Assembly: GCA_950097015.1 (NCBI GenBank)
Contig: CATNEN010000038.1
Coordinates: forward strand, 8,370,001 to 8,434,000
Reading direction: 5' to 3'
Origin: Macrostomum hystrix
Lineage: Eukaryota > Animalia > Platyhelminthes
DNA length: 64,000 nt
Numbering within the stretch: position 1 is the first letter of the stretch; each line of letters opens with the position of its first letter. Under the pieces are notes generated by a model that made no database searches, had not been told where the DNA came from, and was given only the letters and a program-made list of their open reading frames with translations. This document shows, in pieces, positions 1 to 11,938 of this stretch. The position numbers and the translations under genes were made by a program.

Positions 1-126
1 ATGGCTGAGCTTTGCAGAATTTTGGACCCTCCCTCTGTCTCCAGTGTCCTAGGAAATCACATTGAAAGTTTTCCCTGTGAATTTTAACAGACCTTGTCTT
101 TGAGCTCAAAGAACAGTTTCGCAGTA

Positions 127-486
127 ATAATAATAATAAAAATAATAATTGCAGGAGGGCTGCGAGCAGTGGCACATCATTTGGTGGCACTAGACCCGCA
201 GCCAGCGAGGAGGCAATTCTGCCCATTTCGCTGACTCCTGAGCTCACACGCACACAGACACCGTTCGCAGGCAAACGCTCACACAGGTGTGTACTCTCTC
301 ATCGTCAGGCAGTGTACATTTCACTGTGCCTTGGAGGTTGGCCCTCAAGGGCGTAAATTGCACGACAAGCCCCCAAGCCTTCTCTCCGCGGCTGAGCCCC
401 AAATAAATGTGGCCTCGCCGCGGAATCGAACTTAGGGACCTTGGTGCGAGAGGCAAACGCGTTAACCGCTCTGCCACCGACCACGT
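127..486 (-). mobile_element. tRNA-derived SINE, family A (full length)
   Basis: A box TGGCAGAGCGG, B box GTTCGATTC, (TTA)n tail; exact 14-bp TSD ACAGTTTCGCAGTA at 113-126 and 487-500. Confidence 0.9.
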
Positions 487-997
487 ACAGTTTCGCAGTA
501 CAACACTTCTAATTTTTGTTGCAATGCCTACTTCGCTGTATTCCGGGTCCCGTATAATGAAGTCTGGGCGATGAGATAGGGATGACTAGAAATGAAAGCT
601 TCATTTCTGTATATCATACAATAGAGGCAGTCTAACAAGTTCTGATCGGCCCCCATTGCGGTCAGCATTTTGACTGAGTTGCATTATTGCCTTGCAGTTC
701 CTAAAGTTAATTCTCTCTATTAAGCCTCGATCCCAGAGTCCTAAATATAATTACATAACATTTTTGCCTATATTGCCGGTTTTTGCCACCAGACAACCCC
801 GACGAGAATCGTTGAATATGTCGACGATGCCGATGATTTGTTGTCTAATCGGATGGAGCAGAAAATTTAGTCCGAATCATGTATTTTCATGGCTATTGTT
901 AGAATATTTTTCTAGAAGCTCTCTACTGCTAATCCCATGGAGGATTAGGGAAAGTGAAGGATGCATCCATCTGCCATGAGGAATTGATCCTACTGAC

Positions 998-3784
998 CTT
1001 TGATGCCAACACAGCAGGGCCTGGCGCTGATGGGGCAGACCAGGTGCGCGCTGTTCTGCAGCCGCTCCAGCGCTGACTCGTTGGCTGAGCCCAGCGGCAC
1101 CTGGCGCAGGCAGGGCGGCCACTGCCTGACGTCGTCTGGCCAGGAGGGGCTGTCTAGGCCGGGCGGAGACAACGGCTCAACGCAGGTGCGCGGATCCTGG
1201 CCACAGACCGGGCCGCTAAGTCGGTTGTCCGGGCCCTGGTTTTGTTAATTCGATTTGTATTAATTTAAACAGACTAGTTTACAGTATAATGTGCTGATGT
1301 GCTCAACTATGGGATAATTTAGGGATTTGACTGAATCTAGGATTTTTAAAGCAAGGAGAATATAAGAAATGATAATCTGAGGATAAAGTATAAAGGATAA
1401 AGGGATTTTAAAGAAACTGGGATCTTTAAGAATTTAAGGATCTTGAGAATCTTAGGATCTTGAAAAAATCGGGGATCTTAAGGAATCTGGGATCCTAGGA
1501 GAATCTTGGATTTGGGAGAATCTAGGATCTAGGAGAATAATGATCTTTTATACTCCTAAAACGGGATTTGGGAATTCGAAATCTACAAGGTACAAGGGAC
1601 AAAAAGCTTAAAAGCAGAGGCCGAACCGCCTTACCTTGCTATCGTTGTCCCATTTTAGCCAGGTGCTCATCTGGGCGGGGCAGCCCTCCTTCTGGCTCTG
1701 GTAGCAGGCGGATCCGTCATTGTGGACGCAGCAGCCGCTCTTGGACTCGGCCCGCAGCTGGCGGCCCAGAATGTCCTCATAGAGACTGTCGTACCGGCGC
1801 ATGCAGAGGCTGTACTTGGCGCCTACCCTGATTAGGTCTGACATGCGCGGCCCGATGAACAGGTTGTGATAGTCTATGGCACACACCTGCGATTCATTGC
1901 AGAGTGGGGCTGACTGATGCTGCCCGAATAGGAATATAGGAGGACTACAGAGATGAGACTAGATATGAGATCCTAGATGAGACTAGCTATGAGATAGTAG
2001 ATGAGACTAGATATGAGATAGTACATGACACTAGATATGATATAGTAGATGAGAATAGCTATGAGATAGTAGATGAGACTAGATATGAGAGAGTACATGA
2101 GACTAGATATGAGATAGTAGATGAGACTAGATTTGAGATAGTAGATGAGACTAGATTTGAGATAGTAGATGAGACTAGATTTGAGATAGTATATGAGACT
2201 AGATATGAGATAGTACATGAGACTCGATATGAGATAGTACATGAGACTAGATATGAGAGAGTACATGAGACTAGACATGAGAGAGTACATGAGACTAGAT
2301 ATGAGAGAGTACATGAGACTACTTGTTGACTATATTTGTATTACATGAAATATACGAGAGTACTTAAAATAGGCTAGTAAAGAAAAGTTCACGCAAAGCA
2401 CGAGTATAAATAAGCGTGTCAATGCACTGGCCTGAGGCACTAGCTGTCAATTATGATTGGTTTAATTTAGAAAAGAAAATTCCATTTACTAAAAAAATAC
2501 CGCAGAATCCGGACACAAAACGCGCGAGTCTAAATTTGAGAACTCGAACTCAAACCTGCGGCAGACTTACATACCGAAGCCACTCAAAGCTTTATTGATG
2601 GCGGTGAAGACACAAATAATGAGATAGTAACACACCGACTCACATACACAAACCTTAGCCTGCAGGGTGTTCCTATTGACCACAGTGGCTGTGCGGGTGC
2701 TGAGCAGGGTGATGCCGAACGGAGCGAAGCCGAATTGAACCACCGTGGCGATGAAAATCAACACCTGGACGGCGCTGATCCAGTAGGTGAAGAACGGCCG
2801 GCACAGCAGGTGATGGTCGATGCCGGCTTTCAGGTCGGCGGTCTCCGAGCTGGTCAGGCAGGACAGGCGGAGCCGGCCCAGCAGGCTGGGCGGCGTCGGC
2901 TTCGGCGGCGTCAGCGGCGGAGGCGACGGCGGCCTTGCATCAATTGGGCGAAGCTGGTCGTCGATTCTGTCGTCTCCCTCGATGTCCCGTTTGATTTCTT
3001 CGGTTCTCCAACGGAAATCGTCCAGAAAGACGTTTCGCTTGACGTCGACAGAAGCGGCGGCGGCGTCAGCGTGCGTGGCATCCGGAAAGTCAAGACCGAC
3101 CGCGCCGACTTCCTCTGGCACGGGCGCAAGCTGCCGATCGGCAAATTCAACTTCGCCAAAATCAGCGCCAGCAGGCTGCTCCTGCAGCCTCCGTCGATTC
3201 AGGCGGTCTTTCAGCTCGAAGGAGATCGTGCGAGCACCTCTGTACAGGTTGCGAATGGCGTTGTCTCTGCGAAGCAGCTTCTGCTGCTGCTGCTGCTGCA
3301 GTGTCCAGCTGGCCGAGTCAACAAGGTCAACGGGAAACGCTCTGGCCGCGGGAGGCGCCGTGGGCGGTGGCGGAAGCAGAGGCGCAGCGGCGGCCGAAGC
3401 CGAAGCCAATGGCGCAGCCAGCCAAGTTCGCGGAGTCGGGCAGGACAACTGCCGGTCGATGAGCCGTCGGCTCTGAGGAGCTCCAGCTGAACTGGCAGAG
3501 GCGTCGAGTTCCGCAGTCGGCGGCAGCTGGCTGACACGCAGGTTGCCATAGCCAGACAGCAGCTGCAGGCGGCGCTGATTCCATTTCTGGCTGGCATCGG
3601 AAGGCTCGGGCTTCAGTCCCAAGGCGGTCATGCAGGTATTGCCAGCACGGCTGGAAACCTGGCGAAGCAGGCGGACACTCGGGCGCCGGCGAAAGCTGCC
3701 GCCGCTGTTGTTGCCGCTGTCCTGGCGCTGATGAGTTGACGCCGTTGTTGCCGCCGACGGCGTGCTGGCAGTCTGTCGCTGCAT
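998..3784 (-). CDS. RHBDF: Inactive rhomboid protein (iRhom), 5' three coding exons; gene continues past the left edge of the window
   Basis: Exons 3784-2654, 1886-1635 and 1235-998 with GT/AG junctions in phase. Long cytoplasmic N-terminus, TM1 'RPFFTYWISAVQVLIFI', then the Cys-rich iRhom homology domain 'NLFIGPRMSDLIRVGAKYSLCMRR...GCCVHNDGSACYQ...SGPVCGQDPRTC...WPDDVRQWPPC...RPCCVGIKG'. Confidence 0.92.
1950..2320. repeat. 24-bp minisatellite (iRhom intron 1)
   Basis: Unit ATGAGACTAGATATGAGATAGTAG. Confidence 0.9.
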
Positions 3785-4190
3785 CTCAATAATGCGTTCA
3801 AGCTGCTATGCCGAGTACAGTACAATATCAGGCAGGCTAGATAAAACTCGGCCCGCTTATCTGTCCTCAAGTCTGAGATCCGCTGGCTGGGAGGTCGCAT
3901 TGGCTGAAGCCGAGATTGGCATCAGCATCAGCAGCAGCAGCAGCAGCTGACAGCCCTGCAGTCGAGGTGGATGCATTCTGTGTACAACTGCGCTTCTATT
4001 AATGACTAACGCGATTAGAATTGCCCATAATAGATCATGATCTAATGCCTCAATTAGAATTGTTGACTCACTACTCACTAATGCCATTTTGCACAGTCTC
4101 AGTGAGTTGGTATTCGAGTTTTTCACCAAATATTTTAAACTGGTCATTTAGAACCGTCGCGCGTTGATGACACTAAAATTCACCAATAAA

Positions 4191-4960
4191 ATTGGTCATT
4201 ACCCTACTGGGATTTTTCAGCTTGGTCATTATCCTACTGGGATTTTTTCAGCTTGGTAATTATCCTACTGGGATTTTTTTAGCTCGGTCATTATCCTACT
4301 GGGATTTTTTTAGCTCGGTCATTATCCTACTGGGATTTTTTCATCTTGGTAATTATCCTACTGGGATTTTTTCATCTTGGTAATTATCCTACTGGGATTT
4401 TTTCATCTTGGTAATTATCCTACTGGGATTTTCAGCTTGGTCATTGTCCTACTGGGATATTTTAGCTCGGTCATTATCCTACTGGGATTTTTTCATCTTG
4501 GTAATTATCCTACTGGGATTTTTTCAGCTTGGTCATTATCCTACTGGGATTTTTTCATCTTGGTAATTATCCTACTGGGATTTTTTCATCTTGGTAATTA
4601 TCCTACTGGGATTTTCAGCTTGGTCATTGTCCTACTGGGATTTTTTTAGCTCGGTCATTATCCTACTGGGATTTTTTAAGCTTGGTCATTATCCTACTGG
4701 GATTTTTAGTTTCTTCATTATCCTGCTGTGTTTTATCAGCTTGGTCATTATCCTACTGGGATTTTTTCATCTTGGTAATTATCCTACTGGGATTTTCAGC
4801 TTGGTCATTATCCTACTGGGATTTTCAGCTTGGTCATTATCCAACTGGGATTTTCAGCTTGGTAATTATCCAACAGGGATTTTCAGCTTGGTCATTGTCC
4901 TACTTGGATTTTATTAGCTTGGTCATTAATAAACCAGGATTTTTAGCTTGGTCATTATCC
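4191..4960. repeat. ~29-31-bp minisatellite
   Basis: Unit CTTGGTCATTATCCTACTGGGATTTTTTCAG with a variable T-run. Confidence 0.9.
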
Positions 4961-5427
4961 CACCGTGAAATTTAGTTTTCCATTTATTCCTGAGCTAAAT
5001 CCAAATAAAGATAACTAAAGATGATTACGCGACGTGAAATACAATCGTATTATATCATTCATGAGTTTTTAGCTTTCAGGAAAAAAACTGTAGTCTCGAA
5101 AAATTCTGAGCAAAGCGACTTCTAAAAGCAAACAGATATATTTCATGTATATTGCATATATTTTTCAAGCTAAGAACTCGTTTCACAGAATGTAAAAACG
5201 GTAAACAATTTGTAATTTTAGCTAAACTTAGCTGACTCTTTAAGAAAGCATAGGTAGAAATGGAGAAAAGAGCAGAAAATTTGTAAATAAAAAAGAAAGA
5301 AATCATTCAAAATATTGCAATCAAACAATCTGAGCCTATTGAATAGTGGGTTTCATGACTCATACATCACCGAACTTTCACCAAAATTCTCACCTGATAA
5401 GACTGAAAAGACAGCATCCCCTGATTA

Positions 5428-6024
5428 AGGGGCGAGTGGGTCAGCGGCTAACGTCGCTGCCTCGCACTCCAAAGGACGCTAGTTCGATTTACCCTTCAAG
5501 TCACGATTAATTTCGGGGCTTGTTGGGGGGTTTGGACAGTAGCGACCGGCGGAGGTGCACCATATTTCGTGCAATCAAAGCTTGAAATAATAGCTTCGCT
5601 CCTACCTTCTGTGTGCCTGTTCTGCGTTGCGTGAGTTGTGTGCGTTGGCGCTGGGGCGTGAGACCTTGCGGGGGGTGGCTGGAGGGCGCGTGTACACCGC
5701 CGCGCGCTTTCTGGACTTCCGTCAGCGCGATTGGATAAGTGTACACTCATCACCCGGCCCCCCTGAGGACTGATTTCTTATCAGCCTTCCGCCCCGGCTT
5801 GGTCTGCTATGTGCGTGTGGGGCTGGGGTGGGGGACACTGCTGCCTATTCTGGGTGCCTCCTGTCCTCCCCGGCTGGCCTGTGCTGCTGTGTGTGGTGCC
5901 TGCTCAGGGGAGGCGGCGCGATGGGCGCAAAAGCGCCTAGTTCGCCGGTCTGGGGGCGTGCCGCTCCGTCGCTTGTGCGACAAGTGCCCCGGGCCCCCCT
6001 GCAAAATAGATAGAAAGATAGATC
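5428..6024 (+). mobile_element. tRNA-derived SINE, family B (~590 bp, young)
   Basis: A/B-box head, GC-rich body, (TAGA)-type tail, TSD CCCCTGATTA at 5418-5427 and 6025-6034; near-identical inverted copy at 15407-15997. Confidence 0.9.
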
Positions 6025-6092
6025 CCCCTGATTATAATTCGATTAATAAAAAATATTTAAATTGTAACAAGATAAATAACTAAAGGTGGAAT

Positions 6093-7058
6093 CTAATTGA
6101 GACACGCCATCCTGGCGGGCAGGTCGGCCGGCAGGAAGGCCAACAGGAGGGCGAGGGCGAGGCCGAGCACCAGGCAGATGGCGGACCTGAGCTGCCCGCT
6201 GCGATACCTGTGCGAGCGGATTGGGATATTGACTGACAGGTTGATAAATAATCAAGAAAATCACTTTATGGCACATTAAAAGCTCTAACCCTGACTACGA
6301 TCCCCATCATAAAATATCCCAAATCCCAGACACAATCCCCAACCACAGATCTAATCCCCAATGCAAGATCCCAAATCCCAAAAGCAAGATCCCAATCATA
6401 AATGCAAGATCCCAAATCCCAAATACAAGATTAATCATTCCAAAAACAAGATCCCAATCATAAATGCAAGATCCCAAATCCCAAATACAAGATTAATCAT
6501 TCCAAAAACAAGATCCCCATCATAAATGCAAGATCCCAAATCCCAAATATGAGATTCCTAATGCCAAAGTCGAAATCTCTCAGCACGAGTATAAGGTTCA
6601 TTTGAGACAATATAAGAAGTGGCAGCGAGGAGGCAATTCAGCACATACCAAACAAACAGGTATGCGCATTTGCCCAATGTACACACGCACTGTGCCTTGG
6701 GGGTTGGGCCCTAAAGGTCGTGAATTTCACTTCAAGCCCCAAGACTTCCAAATTAATGTGGCCTCGCCACAGGAATCGAGCTCAGGGACCTTGGTGCAAG
6801 AGGCAAACGCGTTAGACCGCTCTGCCACCGACCCCCTGTGTACTTATAATTTACTAAAGCTGGGTTGGGTATAAAGTGTCTTGCCAAATTGCTTCTCATA
6901 AGCTAGGATTCGAACTCCCGACCCCACGGTCAAAATTTTAAAGCTCTAACTACTGGGCTACAAGCTGCAAAAATTGTCACATTAAAAGTAAACGCTCACA
7001 GTGGAAGGCTTCCAGACAGGATTGCATCGATAGCCAAACAACTTTTGCCGCTGCGCAT
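6093..7058 (-). CDS. Candidate two-exon 57-aa single-TM microprotein, or 3' remnant of a decayed gene
   Basis: 7058-7000 (donor GTGAGC) joined to 6207-6093 (acceptor CGCACAG) gives MRSGKSCLAIDAILSGSLPLYRSGQLRSAICLVLGLALALLLAFLPADLPARMACLN*. Exon 2 is a GC-rich island with strong GC3 codon bias in this frame. No homology recognised. Confidence 0.35.
6300..6560. repeat. Degenerate ~20-bp repeat
   Basis: CAAATGCAAGATCCCAAATCCC-like units. Confidence 0.65.
6620..6836 (-). mobile_element. SINE family A, internally deleted copy
   Basis: Shares head and body segments with 127-486; boundaries approximate. Confidence 0.8.
6850..6965 (-). mobile_element. tRNA-head/CORE-like SINE fragment
   Basis: Minus strand reads TGTAGCCCAGTAGTTAGAGC...GTTCGAATCC...GGCAAGACACTTTA; boundaries approximate. 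Confidence 0.55.
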
Positions 7059-7515
7059 CCCGCCGTTTCACGTCAGAGTCGACAACTGGCTCCCTCCAAC
7101 TGCGGCCACAGCAGCTGTTTGGCTGGATACCCAGCACAATTTCAACAACAGGGTATGTGTCAGTGAGCTGGGCGTCAGTGAGCTGGGCGTCAGTGAGCTG
7201 GGCGTCAGTGAGCTGGGTGTCAGCCTCACTATACGTGTCAGCGTGCTCGACCCCATCAGCAGGAAGATTGTCCACCAGTTCGCTGGCGCGGTCAAATTCT
7301 AGAGACTCAGGCAGCTCACTAATAGAGAAGTGTCGCTGAGACAACTTAGACTAACGATGGCGCTTTATGTTCATCAATGCGGGGCGCCTAACCGACAAGG
7401 CGACGGTCCCGGACGAGTAGGCAGACAGTTGGATGACTGAGTCTCGATGCGATCGCCTGCCCACTAATGACTGCATGCGGCGAGATTCTGAAGGCAAGTG
7501 ACGACTGGATCAGAT

Positions 7516-8971
7516 AAGGTGTCTATGCAAGCTAATGAAGTGTCTACTCAAGCTAATGAGGTGTCTATTCAAGCTAATGAGGTGTCTATTCAAGCTAATG
7601 AGGTGTCTATTCAAGCTAATGAGGTGTCTATTCAAGCTAATGAGGTGTCTATTCAAGCTAATGAGGTGTCTATTCAAGCTAATGAGGTGTCTATTCAAGC
7701 TAATGAGGTGTCTATTCAAGCTAATGAGGTGTCTATCTAAGCTAATGAGGTGTCTATCTAAGCTAATGGGGTGTCTATTCAAGCTAATGAGGTGTCTATT
7801 CAAGCTAATGAGGTGTCTATTCAAGCTAATGAGGTGTCTATCTAAGCTAATGAGGTGTCTATCTAAGCTAATGAGGTGTCTATCTAAGCTAATGGGGTGT
7901 CTATTCAAGCTAATGAGGTGTCTATCTAAGCTAATGAGGTGTCTATTCAAGCTAATGAGGTGTCTATTCAAGCTAATGAGGTGTCTATTCAAGCTAATGA
8001 GGTGTCTATTCAAGCTAATGAGGTGTCTATTCAAGCTAATGAGGTGTCTATTCAAACTAATGAGGTGTCTATTCAAGCTAATGAGGTGTCTATTCAAGCT
8101 AATGAGGTGTCTATTCAAGCTAATGAGGTGTCTATTCAAGCTAATGAGGTGTCTATTCAAGCTAATGAGGTGTCTATTCAAACTAATGAGGTGTCTATTC
8201 AAGTTAATGAGGTGTCTATTCAAGCTAATGAGGTGTCTATTCAAGCTAATGAGGTGTCTATCCAAGCTAGGTGTCTATTCAAGCTAATGAGGTGTCTATC
8301 TAAGCTAATGGGGTGTCTATTCAAGCTAATGAAGTGTCTATTCAAGCTAATGAGGTGTCTATTCAAGCTAATGAGGTGTCTATTCAAGCTAATGAGGTGT
8401 CTATTCAAGCTAATGAGGTGTCTATTCAAGCTAATGAGGTGTCTATTCAAGCTAATGAGGTGTCTATTCAAGCTAATGAGGTGTCTATTCAAGCTAATGA
8501 GGTGTCTATTCAAGCTAATGAGGTGTCTATTCAAGCTAATGAGGTGTCTATTCAAGCTAATGAGGTGTCTATGCAAGCTAGGTGTCTATTCAAGCTAATG
8601 AGGTGTCTATCCAAGCTAGGTGTCTATTCAAGCTAGGTGTCTATCCAAGCTAGGTGTCTATTCAAGCTAATGAGGTGTCTATTCAAACTAATGAGGTATT
8701 TATTCAAGCTAATGAGGTGTCTATTCAAGCTAATGAGGTGTCTATCCAAGCTAGGTGTCTATTCAAGCTAATGAGGTGTCTATTCAAACTAATGAGGTAT
8801 TTATTCAAGCTAATGAGGTGTCTATCCAAGCTAGGTGTCTATTCAAGCTAATGAGATGTCTATGCAAGCTAGGTGTCTATTCAAGCTAATGAGATGTCTA
8901 TGCAAGCTAGGTGTCTATTCAAGCTAATGAGGTGTCTATTCAAACTAATGAGGTATTTATTCAAGTTAATG
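7516..8971. repeat. 21-bp minisatellite
   Basis: Unit GCTAATGAGGTGTCTATTCAA, with a 17-bp deletion variant toward the right end. Confidence 0.95.
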
Positions 8972-9447
8972 ATAGATCTAGGAACTGCTGGATCAATGCT
9001 GAGCCATTCCATGCCAATACTAATCAAAAGACGGTTTGATGAAATGCATGGAACCAAATCTCCATCCTCACTTATGACTAAAAGCGCAAATGTAGTTTAA
9101 ATTGTAACTTTTTTAATTTAAAACTTGCTAGCGTTAAACAATGCAGAAAGCTTAAGCAAATAGAGCAAAGCAGAATCATGCAATATGGAGTCAGTCGCAT
9201 TTTAGAAATTCTCTTTATAAAATTGTGTTTAAAGAATATTTTGAATTTGAGACGATATCGACAGTAAATAAGTTTAAATAAAGAATCATTAGTTGCTTTG
9301 TCCAACAATAATTCACAATCACGTAAGTCAAAATACAGCGAAATTATACGCTTGGCAAATAAAATAGTTGCAATTTCAAATAGCGAATGGCCGGCAAAAT
9401 CAACATGAAGGCAAGCTACGAAATAAATAAACTTAAAGACGGACACC

Positions 9448-11592
9448 TTAACTCAACACCGCATGCCACCGATCATTGGCTGTTTCATAGAATATAACTC
9501 ATCACCGCATGCCACCGATCATTGGCTGTTTCATAGAATATTACTCATCACCGCATGCTACCGATCATTGGCTGTTTCATAGAATATAACTCAACACCGC
9601 ATGCCACCGATCAATGGCTGTTTCATAGAATATAACTCATCACCGCATGCTACCGATCATTGGCTGTTTCATAGAATATAACTCATCACCGCATGCCACC
9701 GATCATTGGCTGTTTCATAGAATATAACTCATCACCGCATGCTACCGATCATTGACTGTTTCATAGAATATAACTCAACACCGCATGCCACCGATCATTG
9801 GCTGTTTCATAGAATATAACTCATCACCGCATGCCACCGATCATTGGCTGTTTCATAGAATATAACTCATCACCGCATGCTACCGATCATTGACTGTTTC
9901 ATAGAATATAACTCAACACCGCATGCCACCGATCATTGGCTGTTTCATAGAATATAACTCATCACCGCATGCCACCGATCATTGGCTGTTTCATAGAATA
10001 TTACTCATCACCGCATGCTACCGGTCATTGGCTGTTTCATAGAATATTACTCATCACCGCATGCTACCGGTCATTGGCTGTTTCATAGAATATTACTCAT
10101 CACCGCATGCTACCGGTCATTGGCTGTTTCATAGAATATAACTCAACACCGCATGCCACCGATCATTGGCTGTTTCATAGAATATAACTCATCACCGCAT
10201 GCTACCGGTCATTGGCTGTTTCATAGAATATAACTCATCACCGCATGCTACCGGTCATTGGCTGTTTCATAGAATATAACTCATCACCGCATGCCACCGA
10301 TCATTGGCTGTTTCATAGAATATAACTCATCACCGCATGCTACCAGTCATTGACTGTTTCATAGAATATAACTCATCACCGCATGCTACCAGTCATTGGC
10401 TGTTTCATAGAATATAACTCATCACCGCATGCTACCGGTCATTGACTGTTTCATAGAATATACTCATCACCGCATGCCACCGGTCATTGACTGTTTCATA
10501 GAATATAACTCATCACCGCATGCCACAAGTCATTGACTGTTTCATAGAATATTACTCATCACCGCATGCTACCAGTCATTGGCTGTTTCATAGAATATAA
10601 CTCATCACCGCATGCTACCGGTCATTGACTGTTTCATAGAATATACTCATCACCGCATGCCACCGGTCATTGGCTGTTTCATAGAATATAACTCATCACC
10701 GCATGCTACCAGTCATTGACTGTTTCATAGAATATAACTCATCACCGCATGCTACCGGTCATTGGCTGTTTCATAGAATATAACTCATCACCGCATGCTA
10801 CCAGTCATTGACTGTTTCATAGAATATAACTCATCACCGCATGCTACCGGTCATTGGCTGTTTCATAGAATATAACTCATCACCGCATGCTACCAGTCAT
10901 TGGCTGTTTCATAGAATATAACTCATCACCGCATGCCACCGATCATTGACTGTTTCATAGAATATAACTCATCACCGCATGCTACCAGTCATTGGCAGTT
11001 TCATAGAATATAACTCATCACCGCATGCTACCAGTCATTGGCTGTTTCATAGAATATAACTCATCACCGCATGCTACCAGTCATTGACTGTTTCATAGAA
11101 TATAACTCATCACCGCATGCTACCAGTCATTGGCTGTTTCATAGAATATAACTCATCACCGCATGCTACCAGTCATTGGCTGTTTCATAGAATATAACTC
11201 ATCACCGCATGCTACCGGTCATTGGCTGTTTCATAGAATATAACTCATCACCGCATGCTACCGGTCATTGGCTGTTTCATAGAATATAACTCATCACCGC
11301 ATGCCACCAGTCATTGACTGTTTCATAGAATATTACTCATCACCGCATGCTACCAGTCATTGGCTGTTTCATAGAATATAACTCATCACCGCATGCTACC
11401 GGTCATTGACTGTTTCATAGAATATAACTCATCACCGCATGCTACCGGTCATTGGCTGTTTCATAGAATATAACTCATCACCGCATGCTACCAGTCATTG
11501 GCTGTTTCATAGAATATAACTCATCACAGCATGCTACCAGTCATTGGCTGTTTCATAGAATATAACTCATCACCGCATGCCACCGGTCATTG
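9448..11592. repeat. 46-bp minisatellite (~46 copies)
   Basis: Unit AATATAACTCATCACCGCATGCYACCRRTCATTGGCTGTTTCATAG. Confidence 0.95.
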
Positions 11593-11938
11593 TTTTGCGT
11601 TAAAAAGGCTTACTTCCGTATTTTGTTTCAGTTTTAAGATGAACATTATATATTGCTTATACCGAAGAATTTCACTTGCAGTTTGATTTGTGTTACCTAC
11701 CAATTTAATATTTTCGAATTTTTGTCAACATTCAAACTTCTAACTTGATTTATCACGCAACTGTTGGTTAAATAGTCAGTTTCCGGTATTTTTTTTCCAA
11801 ATGAAATTCTTCACTGTATAAATCTCCATTTGGCATTGCTTTGTTTAGTGTTCAGGTATGTAATTTAGGCAGATTCCTAATGAGAATTTGTTAAAAAGGA
11901 TGCCAACTATGCAACATACTCTGTTCAATTATATACGG

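Noticed and set aside
201-214. SINE-A contains GCCTCCTCGCTGGC (minus strand), identical to the P3/L3 segment of the genomic HDV ribozyme
   Set aside because: I could not build P1.1 (no GG after a 7-bp P1') or a convincing P2 and J4/2, and the motif is altered in other copies (~19960, ~57450, ~57845). An Infernal search with HDV-like covariance models would settle it.
226-308. CTGACGA...GAAA in SINE-A resembling a hammerhead core
   Set aside because: Stem III does not close onto a UH cleavage site and stems I and II are not evident.
2735-3597. Antisense and alternative-frame ORFs over GC-rich exons (also 13306-14007, 34640-35281, 58300-59633)
   Set aside because: Shadow ORFs expected from high GC3 codon usage; no recognisable motifs.
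7498-9100. Long ORFs in tandem arrays (also 18711-19811, 23876-24364, 37062-38345, 44881-45516, 52240-53918)
   Set aside because: They are translations of minisatellites, open in several frames, and lie in introns or spacers of the assembled genes.
9448-11592. CRISPR-like appearance of the regular 20-53-bp repeats
   Set aside because: The units are head-to-tail with no unique spacers, there are no cas genes, and the context is eukaryotic.
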